NCBI GenBank assembly: GCA_036785375.1
Contig: JAWMAR010000084.1
Span: forward strand, 3,162,001-3,226,000
Length of the DNA stretch: 64,000 nt
Direction of reading: 5' to 3'
From: Leucoraja ocellata
Lineage: Eukaryota
The position numbers were made by a program, and so were the translations under genes. Each line of letters begins with the position of its first letter. The first letter of the stretch is position 1. The notes under the pieces were generated by a model that saw nothing but the letters and a program-made list of their open reading frames with translations, was not told the DNA's origin and made no database searches. Shown in pieces: positions 46,996 through 59,137 of this stretch.

Positions 46996-47999
46996 AAAGT
47001 TTTAATTAGAAATTTAATGAGAAAGAGAAAGATAATATTAATGTAAAACAATTTCTTTTCAGCAACGCTTGCAACTTCTGTTCTATGATATTTTGAGAAT
47101 TGGTTTTATTGGATTATTTTAATCCACATTTCAGAAATCAGAACATAATACAAAGAAAAATACAGTGCAGAAACAGGCTCTTCAGCCCACCATATCTATG
47201 CTATACATGATGCCAAGTTAAACTAATCTCAACTGTCTGCACCTGATCCATATCCCTACCTGTTCTTAATATCCAAAGACCCTTGCTAATATCAAAATAC
47301 CCTTGCTTCATATCCAAATGATCCTTTCTAATATCAAAACCTTAATGTGGTTTTCTGGTGTAGGGTAGTTCTAAATATGAGGAATTTTATTTATTGTTTT
47401 TAAATTTCAATTGAGGGTTTTGACTCTGTATGATCCTGAAATTACACCAAAACGCTACACGATAGTGCTACAATTTTTGGCCCACCTTACACCACAGGAT
47501 AATGGTGCGTATCAAGTTTCTTTCAGACTGATGGCACAAGTGATTCACATTTTAAACTTTACAAAGAACCACGTTGACAAAAATCTCTTCCATCTGCACT
47601 TGCAGTTTTCTAAAACACAGCATTGTTCTACATTTCATCCAAATGGGATCTCATTTACATTTTAAAAAATCAGTTTTTAAAAAACATAGCATCTTCCACC
47701 TCACAATGACCTCAAGAGGGGAGGGGAGGAGAGGGGTTGTGGAGCGAGAAAGGGAGGAGAGGAGGGGAGTGGAAAGAAAAGGGAGGGTGAAGAGGAGGCG
47801 GAGGAAGTGCTGGGAATGAGGGGGAATGGAGGAGGATAGGAAGAGGGATAGCGAGGCGCACTTGGGAAGGGTTACTGCGTCTTGCTTCACAACGAGGATC
47901 TCTGGCATCACAATGGGAACCCATCAGCCTGTGCAGTTGGGGGCTACGGGTGAGTGGTAGAATATTGCATTTGGGGACCAGCCCTCCCGTGTCGCGTGT

Positions 48000-48136
48000 N
48001 NNNNNNNNNNNNNNNNNNNNNNNNNNNNNNNNNNNNNNNNNNNNNNNNNNNNNNNNNNNNNNNNNNNNNNNNNNNNNNNNNNNNNNNNNNNNNNNNNNNN
48101 NNNNNNNNNNNNNNNNNNNNNNNNNNNNNNNNNNNN
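48000..48136. other. Assembly gap inside an unclassified repeat (about 47340-48525)
   Basis: Run of N. The flanks share a repeated block CACGATAG.GC.ACAA....GGCCCACCTTAC (about 47458-47490 and 48156-48188). Confidence 0.9.
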
Positions 48137-48979
48137 AAACTGCGCAAAAATGGCACACGATAGCGCAACAACTGTAGGCCCACCTTACTCACCATTGTCT
48201 TGCGAAATACATTAAACAAGTTTCGTTCAGATTGATGTTATATTTTACAAGTTATTGACATTTTAAACATTAATAAACCTCGCACTAGCGTCCCACTTGC
48301 TGCCTGCGTAGTTGGGGCAAGGTTGCTGGGCCCACTATCTGCGCATGCGCAGTTGGGGATTTCCGGGCCCACCGCCATTTTGAGATTGTCAGCTGCACCT
48401 GCGCAGTTGGCCCACTGCCATCTTGCGATTGCCATTTTAACACCCAGCGTCGTGTGTAGGTGAGTGCTACTGCGGGAATATTGCAATGGGAGAGGGTGAC
48501 CCAACAGGTCCATGCTTGGTTTAACTTAATATTCTTAATTTGATCAGACCACTTATCTGCACTATCTTTGTATACACTATCTTTGTATTCAAAATCTCGA
48601 ATGCTGATAGCCCTGCATGCAGTTACTGGTTTACGCCTCTGAGCCAAAGTTGAATGACTCATCCTCCTGGAACTATAAATTCCATTATTCATCAGTTTCC
48701 CCCTTGGTATAATTTAAACTTGAATTACCATCATTATCCCTGCATATGCCCAAAACTTAGCTCTTCGGTCTATTTTTGCTCAGCTCACATATTTTATCTA
48801 CACTGTTTTTGCATAATTCTTCTAACCTCCCAGCTAATTGTCATCAAATTTAGTTTATTCTCATACTTAAAATGATATAGCAAAGAAAGTAGCCTCTAGT
48901 CCTACTGTATCCATGCCGATCATTAAATGCCCATCTATACTAATCCCATTTATCAGTACTCGGTGAGTCAAATGCTAGT

Positions 48980-49497
48980 TAGTTAGTTAGTTTAGTTTAT
49001 TGTCACATGTACCGAGGTACAGTGAAAAGCTTTTGTTCCGTGCTATCCAGTCAGCAGAAAGATAATACATGATTACAATGGAGCCATTTATAGTGTATAG
49101 ATACATGATAAGGGAATAACATTTAGTGCAAGGTAAAGCACGGAAAGTCCGATCAAGGGTAGTCTGAGGGTCACCAAAAATGTAGACAGCAGTTCAGTAC
49201 TTCTGGTTGTGGTAGGATGAATCATTTGCCTGATAACAGCTTGGAAGAAACTGTCCCTGAATCTGGAGGTGTGCTTTTTCTCACTTTGATACCTTTTGCC
49301 TGATGGGAGAGAGGAGATGAAGGAGTGGCCAGGGAGTGACTCGTCCTTGATTATGCAGCTGGCCTTGCCAAGGTGATGTGACGTGTAAATGGAGTCGATA
49401 AAACGGGTGTTGATGTGATGGTCTGGGATGCATCTATAATTTGCTGCAATTTCTAGCGGTCTTGAAGAGCTGTTTCCAAACCAAGCTGTGATGCATT
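48980..49497 (-). mobile_element. Rex-type LINE 3' fragment
   Basis: (AGTT)n tail followed by TTTATTGTCACATGTACCGAGGTACAGTGAAAAGC, and TACCTTTTGCCTGATGGGAG (LPSGKRY motif on the minus strand). Confidence 0.7.
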
Positions 49498-52400
49498 TTT
49501 CCCAATTTTAAATACTCTGAGTGATTTTTGCCTCCATCACCTCCTCTAGCTGTACTCCGATTCCAACCAAAAGAATAAAAAAAACTCTGCCTTGGGCTCG
49601 CACTAAACCTTCTATCCCCTGCATTAAACCAATGCCCTTTGGTTTGACGTGACTCTGCTGAGAGGAAATGCTTCTAACCATCTGACCTCAATGTTTGATA
49701 CATCATTTAACAATTTGGGTATGAGAATAGGTGGTATGATAAGTAATATTGAAGATTACATGAATTTGATATTGTAATGTGAAATTATTGTTATTTGCAG
49801 TGCAGAGGATAATCATAGCCTACAGGAAGATATTGATTAGATGTTCAAATAGTCAGAAAAATGGCAGATTGGATTTAATTCTGATGTGTGAAGTGATGCA
49901 ATTTGCTGGACTAATAAGGTTAAGATGTGCAGAATGAGCTGTAGGGGTCTGAGGGAATATTGACGACCAGAGGAACTCTGTACAAGTCCTAGGATCCAAG
50001 ATGTTAGCAGAGCAGGCAAGATTACAAAGAGCATATGTAGTGTAAACTGGTGTTGGAGAAGAAGGGAAATGAAATGAAATAAAATATGAAAGTGTGACTA
50101 TGGGGATCTGGGTAATTATTCCTCCACCTCAAGAAAAATTGAAGAAGGGTCAGTCATCGAGGACGTTAGGTTGGGCTTGCTCCAGTGGGGTTGGTGGTCA
50201 GGGTAGAGGAAAGGGGTTATGGGAACATGATGATAATGGGTGGATGTTTGACAGGCATTTGTTGTTCAGGGAGGCTAGAGGAGGAGAAAGCTGGGAGAGA
50301 GGAGAGGCAGTACAAGGCATGGCAGTTGATATGTAGACTCATGCAAAGGATTCTTTTACTAGGCAGACAGGCAGATCATTGGCATAATGGCCAGAGAATA
50401 AAACTGAAAATGTGAGACAAAATGATTAAAGAGTTGTGAATTGTGAAGACAGAGGAAGGAATATGGGGGGAGATGGGGAGGAGAAAGGTGGGGGACAGGT
50501 GAGCGCAAAGATGGGGAGGCAAGAAAGGGGATGGGGGGTTATATGGGTTACCTAAAGTTTGGAAATGTCAATGTTTATTGAATCGTGGTTAAAATATGCA
50601 TTTCAGAAATAAATAAGCTTTGATAACTAAAATCTCCCAGCTTGTGCTCTGTCAAATAATATTTACCACCATGGAACCAAGTGCATCTTGTATGCTTGCC
50701 AAGTTAAAATGGAATACAGAGGCAGAAACTTAAGGTTTACCTTAAAGGAGGAGGTATTTGGAAACACTGCCCGAAAACCTTACCTAATATTTTACAACTT
50801 TCATAAGTTCAGAAGTTATAGGAGCAGGATTAGGCCATTCAGCCCATCAAGTCTACTCGCCATTCAATCATGGCTGATCTATCTTTCCCTCTCAACCCCA
50901 TTCTCCTGCCTTCTCCCCATAACGCCTGACACATGTACTGATCAAGAATCTATCACTGCCTTAAAAATATTAATTGACAGCCTCCACACCTGTCAATGGC
51001 AATAAATTCCACAGCTTTGAGTTACATTTAACATCTAAAACTTTGATTTCAAGTTTCCAATAAGGATTCCAGTAAATCTCCAAAAACCAGCAATCCAATT
51101 GTTTGAATATCCATGGTTTGGTAGTTGGAGCACTGGGTTCTGATAACCACATTTCTTCTACCAGACAGACCCATTTCTCGCCCTACCTTGGAATTTATTG
51201 GGGCCCTGGTTCCTATGGTCCTTTAACAATTACCTCGTTCTGTTTTCCATACTCCCTTGAAACCTGCTGAGTTAAATGGGAACATTATTACATAGTTATA
51301 CTGAAAAATTAATGGTTCAATGTTATAGTCATATGTGCCGTGAAATTGTATTTTTTTTAATATACAGTTCCGTGAAAATCCTACTCTACATTAGACACTA
51401 AGTAGAAGCATGTAAGACAGTAGACTGCACTGAGTATGTATGCAAGAGTCGCCACATATAAGCTGCCATCTTGTATGCTTCAAGTTCATTGATTTTGTAA
51501 TGTTAGTCTTTCCTTGGCCATAAAGGCTCGTTGTCCTGGCGATGGCTGCTCTGTGACGCTGCAGTCGGCATCCAATCCAGGAATCAATGAGTTTTCAATG
51601 AGCCTTCACCTCTGGTGTGGAGCACTCCAATTTCACTGCTCTCTTGGTGAAGATAATTCATCTTGTCTGTCTTAAAGGCCCCATTCCTCATTCTGAGACT
51701 GTTGTTCCTGTTTCCTGACCCCTCAGAGGAAGCATCTACTCTATATTCAGTCTGCTGAGTGCAGTATGATTTTCTTCACTTCCGATGATGGTCTAGTCTA
51801 TCACAACCATCGAAAGAAAATCCTCAGGCTGCAATTACGGAAGGTATATTATGCCAAATTGAATGAAGAATGTTTGAGAACATTATCAACTAGTCCAGAA
51901 AATCTGTCTGTTCAGTATCACCAATGGTCCTGATTTTTCTGGATTAAGGGAGTTTCATTATGTTTGGATATCAGAAATGTAAAATCATCTTTATCCCAGC
52001 ATAAATGACTATCAAAATAGAACATAGTCGATCACTGCCTGTTTTATATTAAAATGTATTCACTGGTGTGTTGAAGAATGAAAACCCAATCCATTGCTGA
52101 CAATAGCTCTGCCACCAAATATAAGCATTTTTAACATCCACCTATTTTAAAAAGAGCCGTATTTTTTCAGTATTTTAGTAAGTAAATATGATTGATGAGA
52201 AAATACTTTGGCACATGGACACAAGCAGAAATACTGTTAAAGAAAATTAGAATTTTCAGTAATTAGTGCACTGAATATAAATGTAGAATTGTGTTCTAAG
52301 GGCATGGTGGTTTTCTGTTTTGAGGGTTATCTGTCAAATTTAGTTTTAAGCCAGCGTTGAAAGTTGTAGAAAACCAAACAATGCTTTATCAACTGTGTTT

Positions 52401-52648
52401 TAAACTCCCAGTATTTTGCCTTTGTTTAGTCTGTTCTCTTTGCTCTAAAGATATGAAAGCTCTACATTAAATTGTTTACATTTTAATCAGTGTTCATTGG
52501 AATAACGCCATACTGTATGGAAATGGGCACCTCGTCCTTGTCACCCAGGTTAGCTGGTCCCATTTACTTCATATCCCTCTAAACCTTCCCTATCCATATA
52601 CCTGTCCAAATGTCTGTTAAAGATTGTTATGGTATCTGCTTTAATTAC

Positions 52649-53688
52649 TAGCAATGTTACAAAATTTTGAGGTTTAAAAAATCAAGTCTGCAATTTATCC
52701 CATCAGATAAAGCATAACAATAAGTTTAATTTGACACTTAATTCACTTTCATAACTCAAGTAATAAAAATGTTATGGCCATTTTCATACTCGGAAATTAA
52801 CATCTTGTTCCCTATTGATTTTCTATGAACATAACTAAAAAGCTGTGATCGTGGACAGTCAAAAACACATAACCTTCTTAAAAATTAAGAGAACTGAATG
52901 AAATTTTCAGTTATCATAGATTGAACCATTCTGAAACAAATATAAAATAATCTAACTTGGATGACCTGAAATTAAAGCATATAATTAGTTAGTTACCCAA
53001 TTGTAGCTAATTTCAAACTTCAATTTACTAGATCTAAACATCTATCCATTTCTTAATAAATGATTAACATTTTTAAATAGCCCAAGTGTCCAAATAATAT
53101 TCACAAATAATTCACAATAAAACATAATTTTTAAATCTCATTTACATCAATTTATAGGCCAAATGGAAGGAATTTAGTGTTCAATTGCTGTAAATTAAAG
53201 TCAATTTAAATCGGCTTTCTAGTGGGTTCCTGTGAACGCGCTGGTTTAGAACGTTCACATTGCGCTGGATTTGTGCCCTCAAATGCCCAGAAAAATACTG
53301 CGGGATATAAAGAGCCCAAAATGAGCTACTCGCTATAGAAAACTTTATATACAGGGTTATATACATGCCCCATTTAATGTAAAATTAAGGTACATACCTT
53401 TAATTGTTTGCTTTATAAAACCCTGGGGCTGCGAGAGGTTGCGCGTTTAGAGAGTGATTTTTAAACTACTCTAACTATTTTACAAGGCCATAAAAACTAA
53501 TAATACCTTTTGCGACGGGGTCTTTCAGCGATTTTCCGTTAATGATTTACTAGGCTGAACATTTTCGATTGCAACAGCCTAGTAAAAATCGCATTTTAAA
53601 CCTGCCCCCTCTAAACAGCGCCAAAATCACACACAAGGGGTGGGGCAGATGCTCAGCCACGATTCAGGTAGGTTTTGTAACATACCTA
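52649..53688. mobile_element. Non-autonomous TIR element with TAG...CTA ends and a 7-bp target duplication
   Basis: TIRs TAGCAATGTTACAAAA and TTTTGTAACATACCTA (14/16). TAATTAC at 52642-52648 and 53689-53695. Interrupts a CR1 fragment (about 52500-54000, -) that resumes in register. Confidence 0.8.
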
Positions 53689-54105
53689 TAATTACTTCAT
53701 ACCACAGCTTATTCCATTTACTCACCATCCTCGGTGTGGAAAATAATTGCCCCTCTGGTTCCTATACCCCTCTCACTATCCTATGCCCTCTAATCCTTGA
53801 CTTCCCCTATCCTGGGGAAAAAAAGAAAATCTCTGTGCATTCACCATATCTAGTCCCCTCATGATTTCACACATCTCTAAAGATCACCTCAGCATCCTGT
53901 TTTGCAATCAATAATGCCCTAGCTTGCACAAACTCTCTGTATCGCTCAGGCCCTCAAGTTCTGGCAACATCCTCGTTAATATTCTTGCATTCTTTCGTAG
54001 AAACAGCCTGTCATGAGTGCCGAGGTTCAGTGAAAAGCTTACATAGCATATGATGTAGGAAACTATGTAAAGAACACTGGTATTAACATTTACAAAAACA
54101 TGTAA

Positions 54106-54678
54106 AGCCCCTGTCCCACTTAGGCTATTTTTTTGGTGACTACAGGTGACTGGGCTGTCGCCACATGGTAGCGGGGTGACGTCTGTATGGTCGTGAGATG
54201 TCTCCTCAAGTCGCCTAAAGAGTTGTAACATTTTTCTGGTCGCCTCTGGATTTTGAAATGTTCAAAACTTCGGCTTGCGTAGCTTGTCTTCTCCTGTCAT
54301 AGGTGCTGTCGTAGGTTGTCGCCAGGATGACGCCAGGTGACATTGGTTGATGCCGGGTGCTGACTTCGGTGAATTCCATTGACGACTACCAACGTCAACC
54401 TACGTCAACCGCTGACAGGTTCCAGCGACTGAATTGTCTTTAGTTGTCTTCATATGTCGCCAACAGGGTCGTTGCTTGTCGTAGCTTTTCGCGGGTGTCA
54501 TAGGTTGTCACCTGTGTGGTCATAGGTGGACGTCCTAATGGGTCACCGGTTTTCGGTAGCTTGTCGTAGACATTGTCGTGGTGGGTGGGGCTGGGGGGGG
54601 GTTCCAGTCGCCACTTTTTTGGTGACCTGCTACGACTGTGGAAGTCGCCGAAAAAAACGCCTAAGTGGGACAGGCCCT
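54106..54678. mobile_element. PIF/Harbinger-type MITE
   Basis: TIRs AGCCCCTGTCCCACTTAGGC and GCCTAAGTGGGACAGGCCCT. TAA TSD on both sides. GTCG/GTTG-rich interior. Confidence 0.85.
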
Positions 54679-55931
54679 TAACTAGATTTTTTTAACTTGG
54701 ATGTACTAATACTAGTTTCTGTACCACTGTAGGCCTTTCATTCATACACTGGAAATTTCTGTGTCATCAGATAGGTCTTCTGACCACAGTAACGTCAGAT
54801 GTAAGCCAGATCAGCACTTGTTTCTATCTTGACACCAGTTAACAGTGCACATAAAATAATACGGCGGCACGGTGGTGCAATGGTAGAATTGCAGTGTTAG
54901 AGACCCGGGTTTGATCCTGACTATCGGTGCTTGTCTGTACGGAGTTTGTACGTTCTCATGACGAGGGTTTCTCCTGCATCTCCAGTTTCGTCCTACACTC
55001 TAAAAATGTACAAGTTTATAGGCTAATTGGCTTGGCATTATTGTAAAGTGCCCCTATTGTGTGTAGGATGATGTTAGTGTATGGGGATTGCTGGCTAGTG
55101 CGGACTCAGTGGGCGGAAGGGCCTGTTTCCGTGCTGTATTTCTAAATTTGAAAAAATAATCATAAAAATGTATTCTTAATAAATGCAATAATCGACTTTG
55201 AAAGCTCCCTTGAATCACCCAACTACTTGTTCAGTGATGCATTCCACAATTAATTTAAGCAGATGAAAAATCAAATATTTACCTCTAGGTATCTTCCATG
55301 GACCAAATATTATTGGCAGCTAACATTTCAAAGACTAACCACAACAAATATATAAGGGAGCATGCATTTACTCTAAATTATGATGGTCATCAAACAGACA
55401 TTTCATATCCTGAAAGATGCTTGTGTGGCCTCTGGTGAAGTAGGGGATGAAAGGCTTGAAAATGTTTATGCTTACCATAGAAAATATCATGGGAATAATT
55501 AGATGCACCTCATGGTTAACAATGCTGTAGAAAACAGTGGGAAATATGAAGTTGTTTCAACCACTGACAAAGGGAGAGATAGATTTCAGCTTAGTGGTAA
55601 ATGTAAAACAAATTTATGGGGAAGTAAACAATGTGCTTCTGAACAGTTAGTTACTTATAATTTTAGCTGTGAAGAATATATTTTAGCTTTAGGTCACCAA
55701 CTGTATCGATAATTAATGTGTCATATAATATATATATCATGCAAATGCTGATCATATAATTACAATTATTGTTGCAATTATTAGTGGCACCGACATCAAG
55801 TAACGATGAAAGAATTAATTATAAGGTTGAATTAACATTATTTTCATTCTAAATAATATTGTACTTGTATTGAATTTAAGACTGTAAAACATGTTGATTC
55901 ACTGTCAGTCATGATATGCACTTGTGAACTA

Positions 55932-56322
55932 CAGTAAAGCCTTGCAATAATGGACCACGTAGTGGGGGAGATGGTGTCCATTATTGCCGATTGTCTGCTA
56001 TAGCTGGGTCTGGAGCGTAAATATTAATGTTTAACCTAAGGCTGATGTTGGAAGGGGGAATTAAACCAGCAGGAATTCACTGGCCGAGGAGCTGCAGAGC
56101 CACAGGCCCCACACGCGGAGCACCGGGAACAGACCCGGTACTCGCGCCTCCTTCATACTGCTCGCTCTCTCTGCTCCCGCAACCGGAAGCACGCCAAGTA
56201 GGCGCAATGGGAGCCTTGTACCGAGGCACGTGTTGCCAGCTAAACGCCACCTTGAACGGACTCCTCAGTCCGCTATAACCAAAAAATGTTATATTGAGGT
56301 CCGTAATTGCAAGGGTTGACTG
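55932..56322. mobile_element. Tigger-like MITE
   Basis: TA|CAGTAAAGCCTTGCAATAATGGACC ... GGTCCGTAATTGCAAGGGTTGACTG|TA. Confidence 0.8.
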
Positions 56323-58442
56323 TACCAAGTTTCTGATGGGGAAGTTATCAATGATACCTTGATGCAAGCTCGACTGTAAAGTTTCTTGAATACAGACTAT
56401 CTCGAGCATCAGCATATGCTTTCAAGAGAGTATGCTTTCAAGAGAGAGTTGGATAGAGCTCTTAAAATAGCGGAGTCAAGGGATATGGGGAAAAGGCAGG
56501 AACGGGGTACCGAGTGTGGATGATCAGCCATGATCACAGTGAATGGCAGGGCTGGCTCGAAGGGCCGAATGGCCTCCTCCTGCACCTATTGTCTATACCT
56601 AGTATTTGTTAAATTCCTCAATTCTTGCCATTATTAGGGTGACGCGCTGAATGCATTGAAGAGATTAGAATACAATAATATTGACTGTTCATTGAAATAC
56701 AGTGTTGCTTTAATTGCAGCCATGTGAAATATCCGCTTAGAGAAGAAATGGAAGTTTATACATATTAAAACAAAACTTAAAAATATATATTTTGTAGTGA
56801 ACAATCTCTGAGATATTTGGAATGGAACCATTGTTGGGGGAAAAAACGCACATAGTGGGTTGATGCCAGCATAGAAAATGCTGATGTGAGGAGTATGATA
56901 TATATCTGTGAATATGTGAACAGGTTTGTGGTTCGAGCCAAGTTGTCATCAGAGGATCAATGACATTTTGATCACAGGAGAAAAGACTCCATGGCTAGCA
57001 TTGCTCCTAAAACAAAGATAATCAAACGTTCAATTGGTACAGTCACTCGACATCAAAAGGCAGATGCATGCTGCCTTACTGCTATGACCATATTGTTGCT
57101 TTGCCATTACCTGTCTCTCGTACATAAAAAATACATTGATTTCTAAAGATGCAGTTGCAGAGAAACCGAATATGAAACCATTTCCCACAATTTGATATCA
57201 TCCCAGTGTGATTGTGGGTCCTGATTTGCATACAAGCATTTTGCAGTGAGATTGAGACAATGCTGTAGTCCACTCAAGCCTACAGTCAGGAGAGAATGAT
57301 TTGTTTGGGGTCACAGATGTCTTATCTGGTAACCACTCTCATCACTTCTCCCATTGTCTCCTGGAGGCAGTGGGATTTATTTGCCAATAATGCCCACCTC
57401 TTTCACTGTTGTGTCTGCAGTGTGATTATAATATTCTATTCCCAATCTCATTTCCGTTGTGTGCCAGCTCCCTCTGCAACAAGTGTAGAATTGAATTAAT
57501 GTGGTTTTGTTTATGGGTTTCCAAGATTGACGACACAGTTTAATGTAGTGTAGATGATGGCAAGAAGAGGCAGCATTTATCGGTCTGACACGACCACAAG
57601 GTGGAATATACAATTTTCTCAGATGACTTGAGGAGAGTCTAATAAATTTTGAAACCATGTTGTTTAGTGTATGGATCTTTCTGCAAAAGCATTCGGGAAG
57701 ATGAAAGTTGAAGAAGAGTCTTACTCTGCACCATGGCCAGTCCTTGAGAATCATGCTGGGAGCTTTGACATTTTCTATAGCTGACTGTATACTTTTTATT
57801 TTCTGTCTGAAATATATTTTAAATCTGGCTGAAAAGAATATGCACCTATGCCCATTTAAAAGATCTTCGGTTTTGCTTGCTTATTGTTTCTCCATCCGTG
57901 TGATTGCATCAGTAAATCTGGTGAAAGTGTTTAAAGTAATTTTTGACTCTTCTGTAGTGCTTCTGCAATTGGGTGAATATTATTCTTTATGTACCTTTTT
58001 TGTGTGCCTTCGCATTGTGATCCTATCGCGCTTACTTGCTAGAAGTGATATTGCTGTAGACATTTGGTCTGCCAGCTTAAAGGCTTAAAATGTAAATGGT
58101 TTAAAATGTGCTTTCTCGCAAAATAAGAAAGGATACTTCATTGGACTGAGATATGCTACATCTCAATTAACCTGGGATTTTTGCTTCTTATCTGTTGCAT
58201 ACAACTCTGTCACAACTCTGGAAAGCTTGTCGTTGTACCTTTTAAGCTATGGCAATCTTAATACATTCCCTGTCCTGTCAATTGGTAAGTTACAAATACA
58301 GAGTACGTTTCATGCTGTGCCAATGTATTGTAAAAATTACAGTAAGTATAAATGACATACCACTTAACATAATACCAATTTAATGGGGTTTTTTCACCCA
58401 CATATACAGTATCAGTTATTTTCTCCTGTGTTAAGCAACTTA

Positions 58443-59137
58443 AGCCCCTGACCCACTTACGTGTCCTTGGCATGCTAATTACGCGACCTCGTGGTCGCGT
58501 TGAGACGTGACGGTCCCGCGAAGGTTGCACGCGACTTCATGCGTACGCACAGCTGTCTGGAGCGCGTGACGTCATTTGAAGATGGACACAAAATGCTGGA
58601 GTAACTCAGCGGGACCTGCAACATCTCTGGAGAGAAGCAATGGGTGGTGTTTCGGGTCGAGATTCTTCTTCAGTCTGAAAGAAGGGTCTTGACCCGAAAC
58701 GTCATCCATTCCTTCTCTCCAGAGATGCTGCCGGTCCTGCTGAGTTACTCCAGTATTTTGTGTCTATCTTCAATTTTCTTGGCCCCACTCTGGGAGTAGA
58801 AGCGGGGGCGGATCCGGAACTGCAACGGCCGTGATCCCCAGGCGGGTTCGGCAATCATTTGTCTGCTTCTGCTGCTGATGGAGGCGAGATGTTGCGTCGC
58901 GCCAGGGTCTTGGGCCTGTCCCACTTTGGCCGTCAGTTACACGACAGGCCGGTGGCTCATGAAGATTTAGTTCACTACAAAATTTCGGAGCGCCGTGCGA
59001 TACTGCGCACAACTACATACCCCTCCGCGCTTCTCAGTGGGACTGGCTCCGCGCGGCCGCACGATACCCGTGCGCCTCAATGCGACAACGAGGTTGTGTA
59101 ATTTGCATGCGAAGGACATGTAAGTGGGACAGGGCCT
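58443..59137. mobile_element. PIF/Harbinger-type MITE with long imperfect TIRs, carrying a Penelope-derived palindrome
   Basis: AGCCCCTGACCCACTTACGTGTCCTTGGCATGC... pairs with ...GCATGCGAAGGACATGTAAGTGGGACAGGGCCT. TTA TSD at 58440-58442 and 59138-59140. Confidence 0.85.
58576..58773. repeat. Near-perfect palindrome of about 200 bp made of two inverted Penelope ends, with a hammerhead-like core on each strand
   Basis: Symmetry centre TTCAG-T-CTGAA at 58674. Plus-strand core CTGAAAGAAGGGTCTTGACCCGAAACGTC (58675-58703), mirrored on the minus strand. Confidence 0.85.

Noticed and set aside
47340-48525. Helentron/HINE-like element around the second gap
   Set aside because: It has an internal duplication and a short terminal hairpin, but the ends and target site cannot be defined and the gap hides the centre; left unclassified.
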